Shown: positions 1 through 12,560, counted from the first letter of the stretch. The stretch: DNA of 64,000 nucleotides from Callorhinchus milii (GCF_018977255.1 NW_024704748.1:26288001-26352000), one strand, 5' to 3'. Numbers and translations: made by a program. The notes: generated by a model from the letters alone, not told the origin.

Positions 1-644
1 GACGTCTCGGAGACGTGATAAGGCGCTGTATCAAATGCAAGGAATATTAATATCGGCTGTTGCATCTTTTTGCTCTTATAAGCGCTGGATCTTTTTTGTA
101 TCTTCACTTTCTCATGGGAGTTTAGTATTTTTCTTCAATATTCCCCCACCCCATATGTCTGTTTTAATCTGTACAGAGATGCTCTCAATTGGGTGCTTTT
201 TATTTTTGCAGCGGTAAATGTAAATAAGTGGGCCCTAACAGCATAGGTGCTGTTTCGCCCACACAATATACAGTCCATTCACCTTACAGTATATTTTGAG
301 ACGTCTCGAAGACGTGATAAGTCGCTATATCAAATGCAAGGATTATTAACTTCAATATTATTATTATTTGGCAGCTTCGCTGTACGCATAATGTATGATG
401 CAGAATTAATTTTGTTCCTTTTTGTTGCTTTGGGGATAAAAGCCGTACAGATGTGGCTCTGTTATCTTAAGCACACGTTGCATTTTAAAACCAGCGGTTT
501 CTGCTTCAGGACAGCAAAATATTTGTTAGAAGAGGTCCTTTTTCTGGGAGGTCGTTGCACTTCAGAGTCTTTATTTTTCTGTGTTCGGAATAAACGTGCA
601 CTGGAATTCTGTTTTGGGAAAATTCCCTCCAATTAAGTGAGCCC

Positions 645-705
645 AACAACAACTTGCGTTTACATAGCGCCCATCATCCAGGGTAGTGTCCCAGAGCCCT
701 CGAGG
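645..705 (-). mobile_element. Isolated L2 (GTT)n 3' tail; similar tails near 26322(-), 34222(+), 35772(+), 48190(+)
   Basis: caacaacaacttgcgtttacatagcgccc...gggtagtgtcccagagc. Confidence 0.75.
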
Positions 706-832
706 CCCAACGTTGAGACATTTAATTACTACTTTATTTGTGGTTTGCCCCATATTTTCTCAGGAAAGCATCGTTGTGAGCACACCAGCCCAGCGTTCGC
801 CTGTTTTACTCACTGTTGTAGCTTTATAATGA

Positions 833-1170
833 TAATATAATAATCCTAGCATTCGTTATAGCGCCTCGTCACGTCTTTGAGACGTCTCAAAGGGCTGCAC
901 AGAATACACTGTAAAAAGTAGTGACTGCATATTTTGTGGGACAGACAGTAGCCAATTGCGCACAGCAGTGTCCCACAAACAGTCGTGGTTGAGTGACCAA
1001 ATTATTATTTTATTTATTTATTTTGAAGAGATTATTACCCCCAGAAAAGCGATCCGCCAATCGACCAACAACCGGGTTCCTACTTACTGCTCGGTACACA
1101 GGCATGTGGAGTAAGGAAACTTGCCTCACATTTTGCCCTGCCTGGGAATCGAACCCAGGTCCTCTCGCTT
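833..1170 (-). mobile_element. tRNA-derived SINE (family A), near full length, 5' end of head missing
   Basis: Reverse complement of the B-box (ggttcgattcc), body and (att)n tail shared with many copies in the window. Confidence 0.9.
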
Positions 1171-1929
1171 ATCCCATTGACGTTGGTCGGTTAAAAGGCA
1201 GTCAGTGTGTTTGTATTTTTTTTCTTAAGTTGATTTGAAGGTCTACAAGACTGGCCAAGAAATCATGTTAAGATTCGCGTACTTGGGAGTGACAGCTGCA
1301 GAGATTTGTGAGAACATAAGTTTGTGTACCATGACTAAAGTTGGAGGAGCTTTTCCAGCTGTCCCAGAGAAGTTCTCTGTAGTGGTTGGTTTAGTAATAG
1401 AGACCTAGATTTAACACAGACTCTCCAACGCGGAGATTGTATGACAAGGGGGATTCTAGACGGAAGGAGTTTTTTTTAAAAAAAAACAGCTTTTTTTTAA
1501 AAAAAGAAAGTGTTGGTTACACCAAACACTGTCCACGTTAAGAAATTCACCCTCGCTAAGCGCTGTGGTGTGGTGAAACTTGTATCTTGGCAAGTCAACA
1601 GAAAGAAACATACCCCCAAGACTATTGGCGGGTGATGGGAACAGAGCTGTAAATCTGCGCTGATTATTTATGACGGGTATCATTCGTGAACGTTGAGTTA
1701 TCTGATACCACGCTGGACTTGTACCCACCTGACCGTATGGTCTAAGGAGACTCTCGGACACGGGGAGCGGGATTTGGTGCTGAAGGCAAAACTGGGGGTC
1801 GGAAAGAATCGTGTCTTTGGGATTGGCTTGGCAGTGCTCGCTTGTTGGGAGTTGGCTGTTTTTTCAGTGTGTCGGGAGGGGGGAGGCTGTGGTGAAGCAC
1901 CAGGAATTGTAACGTGTGTTTACATATGG

Positions 1930-2525
1930 CGTTAAATCATGAAGCGGGAGGTTGGTTAATGCCCGTCTCCCCAGGTGTGGGGTTTTGTAATTATCCCGCA
2001 CCTAAGGCAGCACATGTTAATTGCCCCTAATTGCCGTCTCCAGTGGGGGCTGTGGTGCTGAATGGGGCTCTTAAATGCTTAAACATCAGATGGTTTCCAG
2101 TTTGCTAAATGTCTTGGTATTTTGTTTTTTTTTTGGAGTGGCGAGGGGGGGGCTATCAAGACATTAGCGGAACCCAGTGCATTTACAAGGTCTTAATTAG
2201 ATGATATTGCAACTGTTCACAGTCTGCCAAAGCAGAAGGGAGTAATGTGTGCAAAAAAAAGTGGAGCCCTACTTAACAAGCCTCCAATTCCATTCCCCCC
2301 CCCCCACAATAAATCACTTGCATATTTGTGCAGTGATTCAAATGGAACTGAGACCGCTCCCATCTCAACATGTGGTAAATTGTTAAGTCAATGAAATGCA
2401 GATGTAGCTTATGCTGAGGTTTTTTTTTTGAGCAGCAATCAACAAATGGCAAACTATTCGCGCTGTAAATATTTACAAACTGCATAAGCCGTGTTCTTGC
2501 GGGGCCCTAATTATTAAGCGGTAAT
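1930..2525. promoter_or_regulatory. Candidate conserved non-coding element / intronic enhancer
   Basis: TE-free and dense in TAAT/TAATTA/TAATTG homeodomain cores, CAGATG E-boxes and a gtaaatatttac FOX-like palindrome. TCF7L2 introns are known to be CNE-rich. Conservation not tested. Confidence 0.4.
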
Positions 2526-4948
2526 GGAAAGGGGTGTGTTTTTGTGGTGGGGGGATGGGGAGGGGCGGGGGTGGTCCTGTCTTTGCTGCTGTTTGAACCC
2601 TTACCGTGTGTGTGTGTGTGCAAAAAAAAATGAGCAGAAGTTATCTTTCTTACTGGCTTGGGGTTTTTTTTTTTTCGCTTGCGAGACCGAATTGTTGAAG
2701 TGTTGTCTCCGGGTTTCGCTTGGTGGGTTTAGTGCGACGCGGAGATCCCTTCTCTTGGCGAGCAGGCCCGTGAGCCAGAGCTCCAGATCTGAACTCCTGC
2801 TGCGGCAGACTGACCGACATCGCAGCGACTTGTCCTGCCTCCACGTGCCGGGCGCGACTTTGCTCCCCGAGTCAGTGGCACCAAACAGCAACCGAGTCAA
2901 CATCACACCCTTACGACCCGTTATTCTGACTGTAGGGCCGCCTGCCCCACTGTGTGCGCGCGAGTGTGTGTGTGTCTGTGAGAGAGAGTGGCTGATGTAG
3001 AGGGTATCCTGCCGTTGGCAAAGCAGCCGTGTGGCATTTGTGTAGCAAAGCCAAGCTCAGCCATTGGGGAAAGTGGCTATTTTTGACCATAAACGAGCCT
3101 TGTCTGTTCGGGCCGGTCTATGCCAGAGTTTGTTTCACACAGGGCTGGGATTCAGCGACTGCTGCTGGAACGGGCTATTTCCTTGCCTGCAGCAGTGCCA
3201 TTTGGTATCGAGATGCTCCCATTAGACTATCGCGATCCTTGTAGTGCTCGATTTGCGTTCTCTTCGTTTCCCTTTTGAGGGTTTTGCTTGGCTCTCGATT
3301 TTAAGAATGGGGATTTGATTTTTTTTACAAAAATCAACTCGACCTGTCTCTCCCTATCAGCCCAGTGCCTTGGGACGTTCTCCCAACGTGAAAGGCGCTG
3401 TGCAGAGGTAATTTTGTATTGTATGGCTCACACGTCTTATTGGTGAAAATGGACGTGGAGTTGTGATGGCTTTTTTAATGTGGAGAACAGGGCCGGGGTA
3501 GGGGGTGGGGGTGGGTATGCAAGCTCTGGCATTCCTTTGCGGACGTTAACCCTTTGTGACCCTTCAGAACATTCAGTCTTGATTGAGCCTGGCAAGAGGT
3601 TGGTGAGTGGGGGAGGGGGTAGTGGAGTGAAACTGGGAACAATCCTGTGCTCCCTGTGGTGCAGTAAGTTTACATAACAGTTTGCCCACAAAATACACAG
3701 TCACTGCACTTTTCAAAGCTCTTCACAGTACTTATTGTAATGTTTCGACGACGTGACAAAGTGTTATATCAAATGCAAGGATTATTCTTGTTGGAAATCA
3801 CCATTTCCCATAGTGGCAACATTTAGTGTATGTGTTATATATGTATGTATATATACAATATATAAAATATATTTTTTAAAAAGCAGCAGCTATAGGTTTT
3901 TCTCCCTTCCCACCCCTAAGCTATGTCTAGGTCTTTGAGATGTCGTGTCTAGGGCTTCGGGATGTTATCCTGTTATAAAGGCCGCTCTATAAATGTGAAC
4001 TGCATCTCGCGTAGAATGTGTTCAAAGTTTTTTAGTAAACAAAAAAAAGGAAAGCTTCCAAATGGAGATGCCAAACATGTTTGTCAAGTTGCCTTCAGGA
4101 AACGTCTTTTATTTCCTTTTACTGATAGATATGGTGGATGTGTAGACAATGGTCTCCTGTCGTGGCTGGAATCCTACCAAAAACATTGGTGGATGGGATG
4201 GAGGGGGGGTGTGATCTGCTTTTAAATGTCCCCCACCCTCACTAAAAGGCAAGTTTCATTCAGGAACGTGTGATCTGAGAGACTTTTGATGGTTCAGTTT
4301 GTAACGTCGCTCCATTAGAAAATGCGTTAACAATAATAATAGTCACTACACTTTACAGTGTATTGTGTGAAGTGCTCTGAGACGTCTAAAAGACGTGATA
4401 AGGCGCTGTATCGAATGAAGGATTTATTATTCCTGGTGGCAAAAGTGTGTGCATGAGTGTTTGATGCAGACAGAATTGGGCTTGGCTGTGATTTCGAGTG
4501 TGTTGTGGTGCTTTGAACGAAGCCAATGGCCTCGAGTGAGGGAAATATGCACGTTTTGAGGTGAAACCGTATAAAATGATATACTAAATGGGTTCCTTTC
4601 AGTTGAAGCGTGGTGACTTCATGTCGATGGTGGTGGTGGGGTGGGGGGCAAGGGAGAGGGAGGGGTGGGGGAGAAGTAAAGAGAAACAGCGAAAGGATTA
4701 GTTGAACAAGAAACAGCAATTGGGACATTCCCCCTTTAATTCACGGACTGGGGGTGATTCATGTTTCATATCAGTTTTGACGGTGACCTGGGCAAAATGC
4801 TACAGTGACCTGCTGAGCTTAAAGTGCCAGAAAACAGCAATAAAACAACCACAGAAAAAAACAAATTGCCGCAGCTGTAAAGTACAATGTATATAATTTA
4901 TGGCCAGTCTCTGTGCGTGCCGTGTGTGATTGAGAGACTTGCTGGCTT

Positions 4949-4998
4949 TTTATATATTTTATATATATAGATATATATATATAGATTATATAATATAA
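4949..4998. repeat. (TA)n-rich microsatellite. Others: (GT)n at 35358, 53458, 56969; (CT)n at 23697, 41223, 50720; long poly-C/G runs e.g. 21198, 38318, 48323
   Basis: Directly visible simple repeats. Confidence 0.85.
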
Positions 4999-5565
4999 AC
5001 GCACAGCAAGTAATGACGTGCTCGGACAAAGAAAATGCACGGAATTTTCAAATTAAAACGCCAGTGCGCACTGTTGGATAGACACCTGGATTGCTGCTGC
5101 AGTTCAGAAAAGGGCTGTGACGATATCAATGCCTTGGGGGGGGGGGGGGGAGAGAAAGAGAAGGAGGGGTCTGTCTCCGCAGGGATTTCCCAGAACGGCA
5201 CTTTTTGGGGGTGGCTGGTTGCGGGGGGAGAGGGGGTTAGAAGCCCCGATGGGAGAATTCTCAGGCTAAGACTTTCAGGCTTGCTGAACTAAAACACCTT
5301 TTGTTTGCAGCACTTTGGTTTCTCTCTCCCCCCCACCACCCCAAGTGGCTGTTATTGCTGTTAATGTTGAAATAATTAGGGAACAGGGAGAGAAGGGGGT
5401 GGGGGGTTGGTTGGGGGGGTGGGTGGGTGGGTGGGGGTGGGGGGTTAGAATTTAAATTCATGTTCAGCAAAGGAAAGAGTTTGGATCGGTGGGAGACGAG
5501 GGAGGAGAGTATTCAATGTAATCCTGAACTGACCATGTGTGTGGTTCTTTTCTTCCTAACTGCAG

Positions 5566-5628
5566 CCCTACCTTGTTCCGACCACTTATTCAATACAAAA
5601 CGGATTCAGAAGGGGGCTGGATGTTTTT
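5566..5628 (+). CDS. Candidate cassette exon (possible counterpart of the alternative human TCF7L2 exon LHFQSGSTHYSAYKTIEHQIAVQ); alternative end at 5685
   Basis: Acceptor ggttcttttcttcctaactgcag|. Open in phase 0: PYLVPTTYSIQNGFRRGLDVF|gtaact (63 nt), or extended to ...KDSITVQEFG|gtgagg (120 nt). Protein similarity is weak. Confidence 0.25.
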
Positions 5629-8600
5629 GTAACTGCAATCCTTAAGAAAACAGCTAAGGATTCAATTACCGTGCAGGAATTTGGAGTGAGGGGTGGGAGA
5701 AATAAGTTCATTTAGAGGCCTTTTTGGAACTGCGGCAATCACAGCCAAAATTAATTGTGTGCAGTGACTTCCTTCCATTGTAGTGATGATAAATACCTGG
5801 GGGGTTCTCTCTCTCCCCACGCCCCCCACCTCCCTACAGTGTTTTGTTACCTGCGGGATGTGAAGTGCAGTGTGTGTGGCCCTTTTTTTTCCCCCCCCCC
5901 CCCCCCTCGAAATTTAGTTTGAATGGAATGAAGTGGAGAAGAGCAAGTGACGCTAACGCGGATAGAAATGGGCACTGTTTAGCCTTTTTTAAAGAAAAGA
6001 AAATCTGATGTGTGGTATTACCCCAGGAATCCAAGGACCCAGCAAGTGATTAGGGGAAATGTCTGCACTGTCCTTATCCCCATGTCAGCTTGAAACACTA
6101 CATTTTCGCACCTGCCTTGTTCCTGTTCGATGATACCAAAAACTAGTCTTTTTTTTCTTTTTGTCCCCGACTTATTTTAAAAGGATCGAAGGAATTGCTG
6201 TGTGCAGTTGGCTGCTGCGTTTCGCCCACAAAATACGCAGTCGATTCACTTTACAGTGTATCCTGTGAAACACTTTGGGACGTCGCGAAGACGTGAAAAG
6301 CCGCTGTTATCAAATGCAAGGATTATTATTGATTTACAAATATAAACCCTCTCCTTCACTCCCCGTGTGTTTGTGTGGAAGGTATTTGATGTGCAGATGT
6401 GTACAACGCAAAGCCATCTCTTCCTGAGTTGCATTTCACGAGCGTTCTCCTTTGCCAAGATGGTTATGGGCCACATTCAGAAGCCGTGATGAGGGAAGGT
6501 CGCTCCTTGACTGGAGCTTCTTCCTGTTACTGCCACTTGGTTGTGCCCACAGAGGTCCCGGAATAAACCTCGTGGGCGTGTTCTGTTCCTCTGATTCCGT
6601 CAGGACAGTCAGTAGCAGAACAATGACGATGACAGTTTGTAACCACAAACTCGCCGGATAGGCTCTTGATCAATTAGTGCAGAATTTTTTTTATTTTACA
6701 CATTTTTTAAAAAAAAGCCAGCAACAATTAGACTGCTGCAACTTCACAGACCTGTAATTTGAGCAATCCGGCTTATTTGTTGTTGATACAAAATAAACAC
6801 TTAAAATGTGCAAATTGCCGGATCCGATCCGTTCAGCGCCCCTCGAGAGAGCTCTGTGATAAAATGTAACTGCGACATTAACGTGTCTCTTTTTTAAATA
6901 CGTCGCCGTTCTCTTAACTTGCGAAGTATCGGTGTGACGATCCTCTCCGAGACTGCCGTGCAAAGTGGGGAATGGGTGCGTGGGGTGGGGGTGGGGAGGG
7001 GTGCGATTGAAGACCTTTTCTTTTGACACTCCTACAAACGCTGTGAGCTGAAATTTCCTGGAGATGAAACTCGAGTTGACTTTAAATCCGGGAAAAACTG
7101 AGAACTCCAGATTTTTTTTTTTTACTGCTTGCTGCAGTATTTATAATAAAAAAAATGTTGGTTTCCATAAAGAAATTGGTGGGGCTAATGCAGTTCTAAC
7201 CCGTTGTTTTAAAATGCTTATTTGGCCCTGGTGTTGTCGCCCCAGACAAAGTCTGGTTTTTATTTAAAACAGCATGAATAATATGCTACAGTACCTCCAG
7301 TGTGTTCACATCTGTATTATATTTTTGTCGAGTCTTTCCACCTAACCTAACCGTGGAATTACAATTAGGATATTGGAATAAATGTATAGCGGCTGCGTTC
7401 TGTAGCTGAAGACAGAACCCGCCTTCTCTTTTCTTTCTCCCCCCACCCCCACCCCCATTCTCAATTAATGGGGGAGCATTCTGCCCCTGCCGTGCGCAAT
7501 TGGCTGCCGCGTTTTGCCCGCAAAATATACGGTCAATTCGCTTTACCGTATATTCTGCGAAGCGCTTTGAGACGTTTCGAAGACGTGATAGAGCGCTATA
7601 TCAAATGCGAGGATTATTATTGTTGTTATGTGTAGATTTGTGTGCAAAGTGTCTTCATTGGAACAAGTTTCCCCTTTTTATTTCCCCACTCCCTGGTTTA
7701 TCGAGAGCATTTGTTTTCATGCCCTTTGCTATAGAGTGATTTTTTTTTTCCCCCCCCCCCCCCCCACCCCACTTATTTGGGGGGAAAAAAAAGTTAAAAG
7801 CTAAACTTTTTCTTAATTTTTTGAAGAATATATACTTAAACCCTAAAATTCCACAGGAGCTGAGAGATAACTTTTGAACACCAATAAATTTGGGTCGGGT
7901 TACATGTAGTCTTAGGTGTTCCCTGATGAATGCTAACGGTGTGAAGAAACTTCACTCGTGGGGGCACAAAGACGATAGAATCTTCAAACCTTTCTAAATG
8001 AGAAGAAAATGTACCGCTCAGAGATTGTGGCAATTTCTTGTCTGCGTGAATTAACCCCTTCCCCACCCACCATTCATTTCTGATAATGGATGCTCCTCCT
8101 AAAGGCTGGATAGATTAGGAGGGTTTTGTCATGGTTGCCACATTTTTGTTCAAAAAGCCCCGGCGATGGCTGTAATTCCAGCCATTGACTCAGTTTGGTT
8201 CACTGATCGTCGGATCATGGTAGGATTTTGTGTGTTAAAAAAAATATGCAAAGCTTAAAGTGGATTTAAACCATTTACGCTAAGTCGGTTTTACTAGCTG
8301 GACTGCGTATTGACTGGAGGAACGGTTTTAGTGCTACTTTTCCGTCAAAACCTCTTTTAATCAAACTCTGGTGGGTTCTGCAAATTTTCCAGATGCTACT
8401 TTTTTTGGGGGGTGGGCGGGCGCGTGGTGGGGGTTAAATCTACAATCTGCTGCTGTGTAACGGGTAACGTTTCAGATGAAATATGACGTCTGGCTTGTGG
8501 GAAAAGCGCCAGGTAACATTCTCATGGAATCCACGTGCAATTGATGAAAAACAGGATGGCAACTTCAGTTGTGTGACAAAAGTCGCAACACATTTTTTTT

Positions 8601-9607
8601 AAGGAGTAGTTGGATTTGGAGACTTGTGACAATAAATAAATACAGATAACAATAATAATAATAATCATCATCATGTGGTCACTCAATCCACGACTGTTTG
8701 TGAGACGCTGCTGTGCGCAATTGGCTGCCGTGTTTCACCCACAAAATATACAGTCAATTCACTTTACAGTATGTTCTGTGAAGCGCTTTGAGGCGTCTCG
8801 AAAATGTGATGAGGCGCTGTGTCAAATGCAAGGATTATTATTGTATACTGTTGTGCGGGCAACGGGCCTGGTTGACTTAAAGAAGCTGAGCGGTGCAAGG
8901 TGGGCTTTTTTTTGTTAAAAGGGCTGACTTGTAGATCAGGTCACTGTTCAACGTCACTTCTGCCTGGAGTGATGGCTTGACCTACAAGTCAGTCATTTTT
9001 GTAACACGGAAATCTGACTGACTGGCCAGCGTGTGGGAAGCTCTGACCAGGGATTGCCCTGGTTACACCTCTGGTTGGGGTTTTATGGATGACCAGGTAT
9101 GGTTTGTGGTGTCTGTCTGTCTGGTAGTTTGTGTACACTGACACTGACCGGTTGAAGGTTTCCTCGTGGTGTGTGTGGAAATGGCCATGTTGAGGCCCGT
9201 GGGGGGTGGGTGGGGGCTGCCTTCAGTTGAGATTGGGAAGAAAGAGGAAGGTTTATTTTCAATCTTCCCCTTCCCAAGGATTAACCACATTCACTGATTA
9301 AAATAGAATCAGTCCCAGTCCCTCCGCCTCAACCCCTCCTCACCTTTGGCAGAAATTTATAAAATGTTCTAACGCTGGTTTGGGGACAGCTGAGAGGTAC
9401 ACGTTGAATAAAATCCCAGGACTGTCCTCCTGTCTGTGAATATTGCCTTATTTATAGCCACAGACAGAAGCCCTATAAATGGCGCGTGCTTTGAATCGCT
9501 ACCTTGAACGTTTTGCAAAGGTTGGGAACGCCAAATGCAAGTGTAGAGTTTTGCATTTCTGCCGGTGTTCAAATATTATTGCAAACTTAAAGACATTGGA
9601 AGACACT

Positions 9608-9804
9608 TTTGGACTCTCCCTGAATCCCTCCGCCTTGCCTCCACTCTCCCCTTTTTCAAGTCCTGCCTGAAAACCTTCCTCTTCAACCGTGCTTATGGCC
9701 ACTTCCCTCTCCCGTTCCCCCCCACCCCAACTACACCCCTCGTAAGCGCTCTAAGGCGCTACCCTGCTTGGAGGCCGCTATATAACTGCAAGTTGTTGTT
9801 GTTG
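9608..9804 (+). mobile_element. L2 3' fragment
   Basis: WTLPESLRLASTLPFFKSCLKTFLFNRAY followed by a (gtt)n tail. Confidence 0.85.
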
Positions 9805-9885
9805 ACTCTCCTAGTGCAGAGGTTTTCTGAGCACTTATTGCAACTTGACCTTTTTGATCACTGTGAAACGTTTTGCACACCTTGT

Positions 9886-10275
9886 GGAGTCCTGTCGCTC
9901 TGTGGTTACAGCACTCGCCTTCGCAAGCGAGAGGACCTGCGTTCGATTCTTGGGCGAGTCAAAATATTAGGCAAATTTCCTTCCACCACTCGCCTCTGTT
10001 TACCCAGCAGTAAGATTGTAAGATTCCGGTTGTTAGTCGATCGGCGGATCACTTTTCCGGGGGTAATAATCCCTTCAAAGATAAATAAATAAAGCATAAT
10101 AATTTGGTCATTCAATCCACGACTGTTTGTGGGACGCTGCTGTGCTCAATTGGCTGCTACGTTTCGCCCACAAAATATACAGTCAATTCACTTTACAGTA
10201 TATTCCATGAAGTGCTTTGAGACGTCTCGAAGACGTGATAAGGCGCTATATCAAATGCAAGGGTTATTATTATTA
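9886..10275 (+). mobile_element. tRNA-derived SINE (family A), full length
   Basis: ggagtcctgt...A box, gttcgatt B box, body, stem-loop tail gagacgtctcgaagacgtgataaggcgctatatcaaatgcaagg(tta)n. Confidence 0.93.
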
Positions 10276-12220
10276 CAGCGCCTACCTGTGTGATTGTAGT
10301 GTCAGAGAATTGTGTTTAGTGGTCTGCTCACTTGATTTTGTCCTCGGTATGCAGAATTTTTTTGATATATGTCACAAAATTAAGACGTGGGGAAGGTTCC
10401 CACGAGTCATTAATGCTAATTGACGTTGCTTACTTGCTTTCAGTTTCTGAGCAACTCACTGCAGATTCATTCTCAAATCTTGGGAGGAATAACTTCACTA
10501 ACCTTCCAATATGAAGATGCCATTGCATATCAAAAACATTTCTCACAGTCTGTGTCAGGCAGACCTGGAATGGAGTCCAGCCAATTACACAGTGACGTAT
10601 AAATAATGGGTTACTGGGAGCTGATTTAATAAATAATCCTTGCAATTGATACAGCGCTTATCACATCAAGGACGGCATCTGAAAGTGCTTCACCGAATAA
10701 ACTGAAGCGTAGTGACCGTGTATTTTGTAGGTATAGTTTGGGCTGCGTTCATGTCTCAAATCCAGAGACTTCTACTCTGTAATCTAGTCTTTAGGAGCTC
10801 AGACGGTTACAAAACGAGACGAGATTACGGTGTAGAAATCTCCGCGGGTTATTTGTTCTTCGCTGTTTATTGTGTAAATAAAGGATTTAGAGGTTTCTTT
10901 GCGTGGAGGCTTGTGTGTCCACTCAAAAGGATTTGTGCTCCCAATGGAACTGATTGCATCTGCGGCCAAACTTAACCCCTTTGAGAATTACAGTGTTGTT
11001 AAATTATCATTGTCCTGGCCACCAGCTTCCCCTACCTGGAACTCGCCACGGTTTTTTGTGTGGGTGGGACATTGCTGTCAGCAAATTGTCTCCCCTGTTT
11101 TACCTGCGAATACACAGCCACTACACTTCACCATAAAAGTGCTGTGATGCGCTTTGAGAGGTCTTGACGACGCTGCATCAAACACAAGGATTGTTATAAA
11201 TACAGCCAATGTGGAGGATTGGGTGGGTGGGTGGGTGGGTGGGGAAACTCTTTCTCCCCCCCCCCCCAAAAAAAAAGAGTTAGGTTATCAGTTAAAGGGA
11301 TACCAGGCTAACGTGTATATCATGATCTGCAGGTAATGAGGTATTTAAGTAATTCAATAAACTGGGAACCATTGTTGAGACTGCTGTCGAGCAGGTTATC
11401 TGGATTTCCCAGACGCCCGGTGAGGTCTAACTGTTCTGTTTAATTCCTTCGGATGGAGATTTAATGTCATCGTGAAAAGGGTGAAAGTAACACCAGAACA
11501 AGAATGTGCGCGAGATAGACGTTCCTTCCTCTCTTCTACTCTTCCCTCTCCCCTCTCCCACCCCCCCCCCACCGCCCACACACATCTTTCCTCTCCATGT
11601 TTGACCCGAATGTTATAATGTATGTTCTTCTATCTCGAATTACAGAGTCTGTAACTTCATTGCAGGATTGACCGGGAGTTGATTATAGAAGGGTGGTAAC
11701 CCATTGCCCCGGTCCCACATTAATAGCGGTCCGTTGAAAGACTATGCTTCAACAAAGTCATTGATATTTCACCTAAAACGTCAGTTTTGGTGGTGCTTTG
11801 CTGATTACAGTAATTTTAGGGGAGTTTACTGGTCAGAGGTTAACGCGTTACTTCAGCTGTGATCTGATGCCTCGCGCTAGCTAGCTGTGGAGACCTATTT
11901 GGCAAGTGTGGTGCTTCACACATAATCTGGGTTGTGTCCCCATAGTGTGATGTGATGGTTTGGGGACAGCTGTGAAGATCCGTTTGGCAGTGAGGTGCTG
12001 CGTTTCACGACATTGTGCAGAGTTTCACTGTGCTTTTCACATCCCAATCCTGTGTTTTCCACACAACCCAAAGTTTCTTAACAAACTTTTTTGGCTCTGC
12101 ACATTCATTCAAAGTTGTTCTCTTGGAGGAAGTGAAAAAACTGTCAACCGTTCATCTTCTCTTCCTCTTTTTTTAATCTCCCTGCCCCTCCCTCCCTCCC
12201 TCCCTCCCTGCTCCTTGTGT

Positions 12221-12560
12221 GGAGTCCTGTAGCTCAGTGGTTAGAGCACTCGCCTCGAGAGCGAGAGGACCTGGGTTCGATTCTTGGTCAGGGTGAAACG
12301 TCGGTCAAGTTTCTTACTGCAACAACAACTTGCATTTACATAGTGACCCTCATGCAGGGTAGGGTCCCAGAGAGCTTCCTTTCTCCACACGCCTCTGTTT
12401 ACCTCGCAGTAAGTAGGAACCTGGTTGTTAGTCAATTGGAGGGTCGCTTTTTAGGGGGTAACAATACTTTCAAAAAGCAAACCAAAAAATATAATAATTC
12501 GGTCACTCAATCCACGACTGTTTATGGGACACTGCTGTGTGCAATTGGCTGCTGCGTTTA
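12221..12560 (+). mobile_element. SINE family A, 3'-truncated, interrupted at 12319-12375 by an inverted L2 3' tail
   Basis: Intact A/B boxes; insert caacaacaacttgcatttac...cccagagagc inside the body. Confidence 0.88.

Noticed and set aside
12221-12297. tRNA-Ala gene calls at SINE heads
   Set aside because: Each head continues into the same SINE body and tail and has no oligo-T terminator directly after; they are SINEs.
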